Shown in pieces: positions 1 to 11,156 of a stretch of 64,000 nt of DNA. Under the pieces are notes generated by a model that was not told where the DNA came from, searched no databases, and worked only from the letters and a program-made list of their open reading frames with translations. The DNA comes from Mesotaenium endlicherianum (Eukaryota), in NCBI GenBank assembly GCA_009602735.1, contig WELA01002099.1, forward strand, positions 152,535-216,534. The letters run 5' to 3'. The position numbers and the translations under genes were made by a program. How positions within the stretch are numbered: position 1 is the stretch's first letter; every line of letters starts with the position of its first letter.

Positions 1-3000
1 GGGAGGGGAAGGAGGGGAAGGAGGGGGGTGTGAGGGGGGAGCTGGAGGGGGGAGGGTAGAGGATGGTGGCAGGGAGGGGGGAATGGCTGATGGGGAGGGC
101 GTGGGCGATGGGAAAGTTGGCGGAGAGCGGGGAGGAAGGGATGGTGGCGGCGGGGAGCTGTTGGGCAAGGAGGATGGCGGTGGGGGCGAGGGGGTGGCAG
201 GCGCAGCCAGGGGGGCCGGCTGTGGCGCAGGTACCACCGGTGGGGGCCCCCCTGAAGTGGTGCTGCTCGTTGGAGGAGCAGGAGGCGGTGGTGCGCTCAG
301 CTGCAGCGCTGGCAGTGATGGCGGCGGGCCTGCGGGAGGAGGCACTGCTGCAAGCAGAGCAGAGAAAGCAGGTGTGTCAACAAACACCCCCCGCTCCGAG
401 CTTGAGCGATCTGCTCTCTTCTCTGAGGCTTCAGCACCCACACCCCCGAGCCATGCATCGCGGGCACCTCAGCGGGCTTACGGCATACGACTGCAAACGG
501 AAGCCGGGACGCCTTCGCTGAATGCCACATCGTCCAAGGTTACTTCTAGTTCCGATGTGTGCTCCAACGCTCCGCAATGCAGACCAAGCACATGGAAAGC
601 GCGGGCGTCCGCTGGTCGTGGCAAAGGCACGCAGCTGCATGGCTTCCGCACAAGTAGCTGCGCCGCCACAGCGACTGCATATGCTCAACTCGTAGGGCAC
701 CCGAAGAGGCCGAACCCTCCCACCCCTTCCCACCCACTCACTCCCCCGCCCCCCCAAGCGACTGAAACACGCGTACATGCAAGACCAAGGGAGGGCACTA
801 CTTGGCCAGCGAGGAGACAAGGAGGAGGAGGAGGACTGCAAAGCAAACTGTGCCAAACCGTGCAACGAGTGTCAGCACACTGCCACACCTTCCTGAACAA
901 GTATTCAACGGCACTCCTAAGGTTTCATGCCTTGAGAAAGGAACGCAGGCATCAAAACGGCCGCCTTCTTAAGCTTTCCTGAACGAACAATCGCAATATC
1001 ACACATGCATAGGCAGGCGGCTAGCTCCTTGCGTGCACGTGCTCGTGAGGCAGGCCCCCCCAACATGCTTAAAAAACAAACAAGCCCTCACACGACACAC
1101 GCGTAGGCAACTCAAAAGGGAGGAAGATAGAGGCAGGTGGGGTGTACCTGGGGGAGGGCGCGGGGAGGGTGCTGCTTGCTGCCCAGCTGGAGGCGGCGGA
1201 AGCGGCGCTGAGGGGGGGCCAGCACCAGGAGGAGGAGGGGTTGGTGGAGCACGAGGCAGCTGTGGTGGCAGCTCTGGTGGCAACGCAGCAGAGGGAGGCG
1301 GACTAGGGGGAGGGGCAGTTGGTGGCGCAAACTCCTGTGGTGGCGGAGCAGAGGGAGGGTGACTCCCAGGGGCAGTTGGTGGCGCAAGCTCCTGTGGCGG
1401 CGGAGCCGAGGGAGGCGGGTGACTGCCAGGGGAAGGGTGACCACCAGGGGCAGTTGGTGGCGCAAGCTCTTGTGTCGGCGGCGCAGAGGGAGGGAGGCTA
1501 GAGGGAGGTTGACTCCCAGGGGCAGTTGGTGGCGCAAGCTCCTGTGGTGGCGACGCAGAGTGAGGCCGGGATGTAGGAGGGGGCGACTGTAGAGGAAGCG
1601 ACTGGGAAAGCAAGGGAGGGGGAGGAGGGGAAGCAGGAGGGGCTTGCAGCTGAGAGCTGGGGGCAGGGGTAAGCGTAGGGGCGCTGAAGGGCAGAGCCAG
1701 GCTGCCAGGTAGCGTAGGAGGGGGAGGAGGGGGAGGAGGAGGGGGAGGGGGATGTGACTCGGGGGCGACGTTCGGGCAGGACTCGAGCAGAGTCGGGTCG
1801 TCTACAATGGAGGAGGTGACATTGCCGCCGACGCCAGCTGGCGAGCTCCGGCTGAGCATGACGAGGCTGGACTGCCTGCCCACCCACACGTCCTGCGCTG
1901 CGGACGCCTGCAAGAGCCAAGAGCCCGTGGAAAACGGAGAAACGAGAAGGAGAAGAGCAGCGGGACACCCGCGAGGAAGTCAGGAGCGGCCTCAGGCTTT
2001 CCGCCGTGCACGCCCTCGGCCCCTCGCCCCCCTCGGACAACGCCAGTCCACTCCCGGGAGGTTTGAAAACTCGGAGCCGGAAATCAAGCGCTACGCATCT
2101 CAGGCAGCCACGGCAGGAGCAGCAGCCGCCGCCGTCGCCACCGCCGCCGCAGCAGCACAAGCAGCATGATCTGAGAGTACCATGTGCTGCATGGGCGCTG
2201 CAACAAGGGAAGCCAGATCTGCGCGGCCGAGCCAGCTGGCAGTCCCAGGCATGCTTCTCAGGCTTGCCTGCTTGCCAATACTCTTCTTAAAAAAAAAAGG
2301 TGAGATTGGAGTTGTGAGCTAGACTTGAGGTTGTACCGGCACGCCGCCCGGGCCCGTGGCGGGGTCCGCTCCGTTGTTGGCGAAGGTGACCTGGCACAGG
2401 TAGACCTGCGAGTGTCCTGTGGACTGGAGAGCGCCGCCTGCCGCCTGCGCACGCCGCCATGCATGGAAAGTACGACAGGTGAGTGCCAGCAGCCACCTCA
2501 CCGGAGCTTGTAGAGGCTAACCTCTTGGTACCCCTGCAGCACCCGCCTCGAGCATGCGCGGCACCGAGACTTGAGGACGAGTGCCCGTGGGGGAGGTTCT
2601 TCCGAGAGAGCCTCTGAGCAGCAAACAGCAGCAGCAGCACACTGGCTGGCTGGCAAACTCTTGCTGCTATTGTCAGAGCTGCAACCTGTCCCTACCCGGA
2701 GCTTTTCAAGACACAGACACGGTGCTCCCCGAGCTCCAGCTGGCACGCCTGCTGACCCTAGGACTGGCCTGAAGGGTGTTCCCAGGGGCCAGAACCAAGA
2801 CACGCACTTCCAAGGCAAAGAAGAGTCCCTCCCGCCCTGCAACCCTCCCTCCACCTCCACCCCAAACCAAAGGGAGGGGCCAGAGGCCCATGACTCCCAC
2901 CCGCACGCACCATGCCCGTGGACAGGGCACAGGTGGCAGCAGCACGCACCGCAAAGTTGTCGCGGACGGTGCTGTAGAGGATGCTGACGCGCGACCCGAT

Positions 3001-4076
3001 GTTGGCGCTCAGGGCGGCTCCCCGCTCATCGATGTCCACCTAACCAGCACAACATTCCGACATATGGCATGCTCTGATTCACGCATGTTCACCTAAAATA
3101 CGCAACGCAATGCTGCAGCTACTCACTCAGGGCTCACTGCAGCCGACGAAACGACAACATTGCCTACAGGCATTACAGCTCCCTTGCCTCACTCGAGCTT
3201 GAGTGTCACAATGCTACCCGGTGCCTTGCATAGAGAAGACCACGTAACCATATAGTGTTTATAACGATAGAAATCTACAAAATAGACACTGCCCAAGGGC
3301 ATCTCTGCCCGAGTCAAGAGTCGATATGAATTTGCAAGCACTCGTCCCCAACCTACAGGACTGCAGAAGGAGCGCCACTTGGCAGCGAGGGATGCATAGT
3401 CATCCTTTGTCTAGCTCTTCGTGTCCCACGTTTTTCATGTGTGCCTTGCACGCTGAGCCAGCTTGGGAGCACAGAGGCCACGAGCTGCAAGCAAGGTGGC
3501 AGGTACGGCTCCGGCGCACAGCAGATCGGAGATAAGGCCGTATGACTCACCTGCTTGCCCTGACCGACGAGACGGAACCCCCTCATGACGACACCTGAGC
3601 ACAACACCTGGGGCCCGTTGCCGGCCCTGGTCTTCCCCTTTCCGACAACGTAGATGCCAGGCTGCGATAGGAACAATTTGCAACACAGGGCCATCAGTAC
3701 GCGGCATAAACGTGGAAGGATATAAGAGTGACCTGGGGCACGCACTGCAATACAGAGCGCACGCGCATCGTCTCATGCGCACTTGCTTCACATGCAGGGA
3801 CAGGAACACCTCAAGATGTGCACACACAAATGTGCAAAAACGGGACCAAATTGCATTGACTTCAGCGCGCACACCCACACGTACACGCACACGCGCTGAC
3901 GCAGACACTGCCGACACATTCACAGACACGTCTTTGCGCATGCTCGCACTTGCACCACACACACCACAAACATACACAAAACACGTATACGTACACGTGC
4001 GCGCTTGAGCACTTGCGGCCACACACACAGACTTGCACGCACCCCACAAGCTTGTGCATGAGTACGCGCACACGCG

Positions 4077-4127
<51 letters not shown>

Positions 4128-6891
4128 CTACACTCGCCCACAGCCATGGGCTGACGACTGGAAGACCGCACATGCACACGCACATGCACACACAGGCCCA
4201 CACACCTACACACATTCGCATGCATCTAGACACCGTGCTGCGTGCGAATTGCTAAGGAGGAACGCGCATGTGAAATAAAGCCTTCACCTGACCGTCAGGG
4301 TCATCCATGTCACAGCTGTCTATTTCTTCAAGAAGTGAGAGAAACCACACGACAAAATTGAACAATCCAGCCGCACACTGACTGCCATGTGAAGCTCAGA
4401 CTTGAAGTGCACACGAGAAGGAGTGTCAGGTGTCAGGAGACGCACCAGCATGCGGTCAATGCCGAAGCCGTCAAAGGTGAGGCCTTGGAAGGAGACCTTC
4501 AGCTTGGAAGTGCCAAACACTCTGACTCCGTACATCGTGAGCGGAGGAGAGGCGCCGGTGAAGCCGATGGTGACGCTAGCGCCGGAGGCCTGGAACCTCA
4601 GGCTCTTCTCGATCTTGACTGTCGACGACACGTTGAACGAGGCGCGCACGACAATGACGTCGTTGGTGGCTGCGGCGGCGATGGCCCTCTTGAGCGTCAA
4701 CGCACTTACAACTGCCAAGAGAGGCAAGAGAAGATTCTTGAGCATTCTCTGAGACGGGCGGGGAAGGATTGACACCATTGGACATCCGCTGGGGACACTT
4801 TTGCATGGCATGGAGTAACTCTCCAGCGCCATTACTGCTAACATCTACACCAAAGTCGCAGGTCTACGTCGCAGCTGCAGCTCACCTGCTCCAAATGCAC
4901 TCATAGATACAGATTGTCAGAGGATGCAAACGACGTGGATCATGCACACACCACCCTCCTACCATAGGGCAGCGCCACACGATGCATACGCGTAGAAGAC
5001 AGCAGCTAATTACTAACTTCAATTCATGCAGCACATGCTGGGAGTACCTCCTGCTGAGCAACGAGGCGTGACAGACATGCCCTCTCGTGAACAAGGGCAA
5101 ATCGTCGCGAGAGAGTGACCTTCACACGCACGGCTCACCAACAAGAGCATTCCAACTGGCATGCTAGGCGGCAAGTCAGAGTGGAGGCGACGGAGAGATT
5201 GCTACCTTTGATTACGCATCGCTTGCCCTGAGCCACGTATCCGCTCTGACAGTAGCACGCGGCCTCCCCGTTGACCACCTCGCAAACCGAGTGGGCGCCG
5301 CATGCCACCCCCGTGCAGGAGCCTGAAGATTGAGAGAGCCACAGGCATTACACAAATGTACACGAGAATATAGATTTACATATATATGTTTTTACATGTA
5401 TCTGTTTTGTACTTCGTTCCTAAAGTAGAGCAGACGAGCTTGAAATCCAGCAAGGCGGTATTAGGTCCTATGTTACATCATAAGTGCAGGCCATGGGGAG
5501 AAGCATGGGGACTGGCGTGCATACCTCCCGCGGCGGTGCTCAGGAGCTGCCGGGAGCGGGGCCTGGCCATGGGCATGCGAGCGACTGGCATCATCTCAGA
5601 ACCCGCTCTGACGACGTCGAAATCCTTCACCTGTATGACCTCAGAGGACGGGGGCCAGTCAGCAGGGGCAGATAGGAGCAGGGAGAAGTGAGGCCGCTTG
5701 CAGTTTTCGAGACCTCGGAAGGTACTTGGAGGAAGGAAGAGTTGCCCTGTAGCACCAAATTAGGCCGGGGAAGAGGTAAAGAACTCATGCTCAGTAGATG
5801 TGAGGATTACGCAAGCCCACTTGCAGCAAGCGCGCGCAGGAGATGCCACGCACACATCCACCCGCCCACCCATCCACACGCACACAAACACAGACATTTT
5901 CACTCACCCGCTTGCGAGCTGCAGGGTCGTTGTCATCGTCGTCGTTCGGAGCTTTCATGCCAGCATCTGTCTCCGGAATCGTCCACCTCCACGGAGCATG
6001 CTCCAGAACGCGTTTAACGACAAAGGCCGCAGCCTGCGCCAGCAGTCCTGCCGCATGACCGAGCCCCTCCCGCTCTTGCTCCTGTTGCTGCTGCTGCTGG
6101 GAGTCAGATGGAGCCATATGCATCTCCTCCTCCTCCTCCTGCTGCTGCTGCTGCAGTCACAGCGTGCAATTTGCCACCGAAAGCGAAAGCTGCTAAGACG
6201 AGAGATCCAGGCTGCTTGTGTCAGGCAACTAGAAAGGCTGACAGCGCCTGATGACAGGCTTTCTGAAGGATGGCAAGTGGCACTTGACCTTTCAAGAATC
6301 AATCAGCTAGCATTATTTTGATTCCGTAGACACCTCGTATGTAGACGCAAATGAGCGTGCAGCTATTCACCAACGAGCATTAGCCATAGCAGACTAATTG
6401 GTTGACTATACCATTACCATGAATTATGATACATGTATATTACACTCCCATATGACAGACCAACGATGTAAAGAATCTAAGAGCATGTACAAGCGGAGTA
6501 TTGACACTCAGCAATTCTGAGTAACACATCCAAAAAGGTGGGAAAATCAGTTGACCAAAGGAGCACATGTGAAACTCCGGAGCATACACTACTCACTTTG
6601 GCATCAAGTGCAGCTTCATAGAAAGGGAAAAGTGAGGAATCCTGCTGATCATGCACGCCACCTTGAGACATGGCACCTCTTCTCCCAGCTGCACAATCAA
6701 AAAGCAAGTGCACAAGATGAGAATGGGACCGAGCGTACATTGGTGCAGTGGAAGTGCAGATAGCGGGTAACAAGTGCTGGAAACGCCACTAATTTTCACA
6801 GGACGTTGAGTCTACCTTCGGAAGATGCGGCCTGTGCGACCAAGGAATTGACTACAATGAGTATCATAAGTCTGCGAATCGCAGTCGCCAT
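1..6891 (-). CDS. Multi-exon host gene, 3' end beyond window start: putative secreted cell-wall glycoprotein with signal peptide, Pmp/pectin-lyase-like beta-helix region and extensin-like polyproline stalk
   Basis: Phase-consistent GT-AG exon chain read by hand: 6891-6816 (MATAIRRLMILIVVNSLVAQAASSE, signal-like), 6688-6597, 6150-5908, 5630-5525 (RQLL), 4711-4402, 4315-4288, 3661-3551, 3039-2950 (GAAL..VRDNFA), 2444-2337 (AAGGAL..FANN), 1907-1148 (Pro-rich), 347-<1 (SPPPP). The donors at 4401 and 2336 are weak, so some boundaries are uncertain. Confidence 0.65.
1300..1550 (-). repeat. Four imperfect coding tandem repeats (PPPQELAPPTAPG) in the Pro-rich exon
   Basis: Core ggggcagttggtggcgcaa recurs at about 1312, 1369, 1447 and 1519 on the + strand. 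Confidence 0.85.
4071..4125. repeat. (CG)n(CA)n microsatellite in a host-gene intron
   Basis: cgcgcgcgcgcg followed by about 18 CA units, inside a CA-rich low-complexity intron (3800-4230). Confidence 0.95.
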
Positions 6892-8429
6892 CCTAAGCTT
6901 GGCATTCGGTAACATCACAATCATCAACATTAAGAAGCATGAATGTGGACAGTGAGAGATGGACGTAAGAAGCCAAGCAATGAAGACGCGAATTCATGAG
7001 CAAAGTGCACTGCACTGAAGTAGTATTTCACTGTGTTTCAAACAATGCTATAGTCGCTGCTACACGCCCGCTGAAGCACTTACTCTGGACTGCTCTACTG
7101 TATATGCGCCCGGAATTGGTCGGACGTTTTCTATTCGCAGGTCCTTATTTGAGTATCCAATCAATTTTTATGAGCCCCCCATCTGGGGTTTGAAATAGTG
7201 CCGGGTCAGGCGGGCCGCGAGTATGACTGGGAGGGAAACCCGGCGAGTTGCGGCGAGGACTTTTGGGGACCTACGCTCCGTTCCTCTGTCGCACCCATCG
7301 TTGAGACTCTGGAGCAGCTAGGCCCTCGGTTTGACATAATTCCTGGATTTCGAAAACATCCTCTGCCCGACGTTTAGGTTTCAAAAAACATCCACCATTT
7401 GTAGTGCATTATATACGGCATAATAACATGCCACTATAGTCCTCAAAGAGATATTTTAGATTTGAAGTATCTTAAGAAACCTTGCCTCTCCGTTTTATGG
7501 GTCCCAGGTTCTTTAGATTCAACAAAACAAATAACACCAGATTTATTGCGAATCGAAAGATCTGTTCTGACCAGTTCTGGAGTCGGAACTGGGAAGCATC
7601 ACGTGCTTAATGACATTCTGAAACGCCCTGAGACTGGCTGAGATGGGCTGAAGCCTGAGATGGGCTGAGATAGGGGGGGACCAGGGGGGACCTTGATTGC
7701 GGTTTTCTTGGTTTGCTTTTCTATGTGGCTTTCTAATGTTCTACAGAAATGCTTCTGACAACTTTGATTGGGCTTGGCGGGCACAGCATGCCAGCCTCCA
7801 GGGTTTGTCCACGAGCGCTTGTCCTACACGGTCAACCAAGGTCGACCCATGCTACTACTTTGGCTCGAAGTTATTGAGCCAAAATATCAGTTTACATTGG
7901 TTTACATTGGTTTACATTCGTTCGCGTTAGTATACATCCATGGACGTTATTCGCCCAAAGAATGTCTTATCGTATGTTTTTGGCCTTTTGTTCCCACACT
8001 TCTTGGTCCCACTTGGTCCTTTCTCTTCAGTCGCCGTTAGGCGTGCGCCTCGAGACCACTCGAGAGACTCGTGACCACTCGTGACACTCAGTTCTCGTCT
8101 ACTTATCCTGCCACCGCCGCTGACCGCCACCAAGCCTACCCTAGGGCACACAAAGCTTGTCAGGCGTGGTCATGAGGGTGTCAGGCGTGGTCAGGATGTT
8201 GTCAGGGTGTTCTACGCGTGGGAATAGCACGAGATGGCGGGTGTTGAGGGTGCGGATCAGTGCGGTTGGATGGGGGGAAAAGGAAAAGAAGGATTGATTC
8301 GATAGAAAATGGAAATGGAATGGATAAAATATAAAATGAATATACAAAGCATGGGGTGGTAACTTGCGCTAATTTTCCAGATTTTATAATTTAGGCCCCT
8401 AAAATATTAAATTCTTCTTCATCCTTCTT

Positions 8430-8570
8430 CTAAGCCTCACGCTGAAGTCGGAGTCGCTCTGATTCCCGAGATAAGATGGAGGACAATTCGATGTCGCCGT
8501 GGAATTCCTTGTACTCCGCCTGTGCCTCGTCCGCTCTTCTTTTCCTCTTGAGTTCCGACTTCTGGGTCAT
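8430..8570 (-). pseudogene. Truncated, diverged ORF3 homologue of A0
   Basis: MTQKSELKRKRRADEA...SILSRESERLRLQREA* aligns by eye with A1 ORF3 TTQKEDRKRKAEEA...SLTRREQERVRKQQEA. Same position after pol, preceded by CACTAAC..AG. Confidence 0.65.
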
Positions 8571-8943
8571 CTTGCTCAAACAAAACACAAATGGAGTTAG
8601 TGAAGTCGTAATGTCGTGCACAATCATTGAGTCCTTGGACAGGTAAGAGCGTAGTAGTGAGAGTTACCGGGTTTGCAATACCCGGTGTAAGTAAGCGGAA
8701 AGTGGAACTGTGCTTGAGAGAGAAGTGCGTGTGAACGCAGTTTAGCGTGGAGAATGGATATCTAAAAGCAATTGGCTGGTTCCCGAGATGTTATCCCACT
8801 CCCTCCAACTTAATGTTTTAAGGTGGGCTGCTTGTCACAACTGTCACTTACTGTCACTAACTGTCACTTTCAAGCAAATTTCCCCTCTAACTTAAATGGA
8901 GATAGGACCTCCTGTCACCTTCCCATGTCAACTGAAATGACAG

Positions 8944-10104
8944 TTAAGGAGGTGTCTCAGTCTCCCGAGGGTAAAAGCGTTTCAACGCCCCTTTGGCATT
9001 GTTCAAATGATCCTTAAATTCCCAGGTGTCCCCAGAGGCATCATAACCCATCCATCTGACCAAATATTTCATGACAAATTTAGATGATCGACGAACAGAG
9101 CGAGCTTCTAAAATCTTGTCTACCTCATAATCCTCAGGGTCACCATCTTGGACAGCGGGGACCGGTCCCGGTTGGACAAGTAACCGATCTGTGAACAGTG
9201 TGTCACCCTTGATGTATGGTTCTAGGAAAGAGACATTAAAGACTAGGTGACCCTTGTATTCCGCTGACATGTTCAGTTTGTAAGCATTCTGACCGACATG
9301 GCGCACCACCAAATATGGACCAACCCAAATTGGGCAAAGCTTTTCCTTGACCACACCAGGCAAGTACAGGTGTCGAGAATGCAATTTGACCAAATCGCCC
9401 TTAGAAAATGTCAGCTCACGACGGTGTTGATTAGCATATTTTTGTTGATTTTCTTGGGCTTTGTGCACGTTCTGTTGGACCTCTGACATGGTGTCAGGAA
9501 ACTCTTGAGTTAACTGGAGAGACACCGGATTGTCAATCCCCTTAGGATGAGTTAAAGACTCCCCTACACATCCAAAGGGGACTTGGGGACTCTACCTAGA
9601 CTGAGTTCAAAAGGAGTCTTTGTCGTTGACGCATGCACCGCACTGTTGATCGCAAATTGAATTTGAGGCAACGGGTCATCCCAATTATTATGTTTTTGGT
9701 TAATATATGCTCTGAGCACCCCTTGCAGTACTCGATTAGTTCTTTCAGTCTGCCCATCAGTCTGAGGGTGGTTTGCTGTGTTGAGCCAGTGTTTGACTCC
9801 CATTAACCCCATTAAAGCTCTCCAGGACTTAGAGGTGAATTTTGAGTCTTCGTCCGAGATAATATTGTAGAGTAGCCCATGTTGGCATACTGCGTAGTTG
9901 TAGAACTGTCTCCCAATTTTGAGTGCAGTCACCTTGGCGGTGGTGGGGATGAAAATGACCATTTTCGTCAGTTTATCCACTACTACCAGGACGGAATTAT
10001 GCCCGTTGGCAGTTTTCGATAGTGTTACCACCCACTCCATGGATATTGTTTTTTATCGTCCAGCTGGGATGGGTAGTGGTTGTAATAGCCCTTCGGATGG
10101 TGTG
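8944..10104 (-). pseudogene. pol: A0 integrase core plus chromodomain, disrupted
   Basis: ORFs 9564-10040 and 8944-9525 ([27 protein letters not shown]) closely match A1 pol, with a premature stop. Confidence 0.9.
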
Positions 10105-10326
10105 TGAAAGGGGGAAGGGTGCGGGGAGTGCGCCCACACACACTCACGCACCCTCACCCGCGAGTGGAAGCGTGCACAAGGACCTTTCCTAGTTGCATAC
10201 ACAAGGTGGAGTGGCCTGGTGGTATGCCACCCTTGCAAGAGTTAGAGGGCTACATGAGAGGAGTGGAAAAGCACTCACTTTATTAAGAAAAGTCGTGTAC
10301 AAGTTAAGACGGTTAGACTAGACTAA

Positions 10327-11043
10327 TGAAATGAATCGACTTACCAAATAGGCGATTAACAATTAATAAAGATCTTTATATCAGCAAGTAATCTTATGGT
10401 ATTTCCGTTAACTAGTCAAACGGCAAAGGACAATACACTAGCAGGGAATAATACTTGTAAGTCAAATGCGAGTAAACTAGCATCAATGATGCAAGTCAGT
10501 AAACTCATACATAAGCAAGGTTAGAAGATAGTGCATATCAATGGCTTCTCGCCTTGGATTCAGAGTTCTCTCAGTAAGCTGTACAAGAGAGTTGGCCTCG
10601 TTTCCGAATGCCAAACTCGAGAGCAATGCCTAGCATATGTACATGGAATGAGTTTACTGTTCAACGGTCAGTGCGATGGCACCGCCTACCCGGGAGTTAA
10701 CCACGTTGGTAGGACCTCGGTTAACCAAATCCACCGCCATCTCCCATCATCCCGAATAGCCATCCATCATGGGGATGTCATCTGGCCATTCATCTAGCAG
10801 GTGGTACTTAGATGCATATCAAGGCAGTTCGCTGCTACCGAGCACGGAAGTCAGCTTGCTGTCAAAGAATGTGTCAGCAAGCTGACTTAAGTTGACTTCA
10901 GCCTGCTGCTTTCGGCCGAGTCATTAAACTGATAATTATGTAAAGTCCAGCAACTGATTATTAACTAAAGTTCAGCAGGCTGAACTTGATTAACTATTAT
11001 ATTTAAATGAATATTATATCCACTAATATACTGATTCATTACA
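10327..11043 (-). repeat. A1 3' LTR
   Basis: 717-bp direct repeat of 18399-19118, adjacent to the PPT. Confidence 0.95.
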
Positions 11044-11156
11044 ATCCCTCCAACTTAACTTGTTGTCGCCTCGACAACATTAAACTGCAGAAATTTTAAA
11101 TAAGGGAACTGAACCTGACCAGCCTCCCTTACTGACTGCCTCTTCAGCGTGTCACC

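Noticed and set aside
63..2169. Long Gly-rich plus-strand ORFs
   Set aside because: Antisense shadows of GC-rich Pro-coding exons on the minus strand
3435..4278. VC/HT-repeat ORFs
   Set aside because: Translation of an intronic CA microsatellite
5800..6321. Plus-strand ORF with poly-Leu resembling a signal or TM peptide
   Set aside because: Antisense of the CAG/GAG (Gln/Glu) tract of a minus-strand exon that has proper splice sites
7316..8403. Harbinger/MITE with GGCCC termini
   Set aside because: The two candidate ends do not form a convincing inverted repeat or TSD
10531..10797. Recurrent 88-aa ORF (also 18605, 40045, 62390) and the 60-74 aa MKGGRVRG ORFs
   Set aside because: They lie inside repeated LTRs with non-ATG starts, so recurrence reflects LTR copy number rather than coding selection
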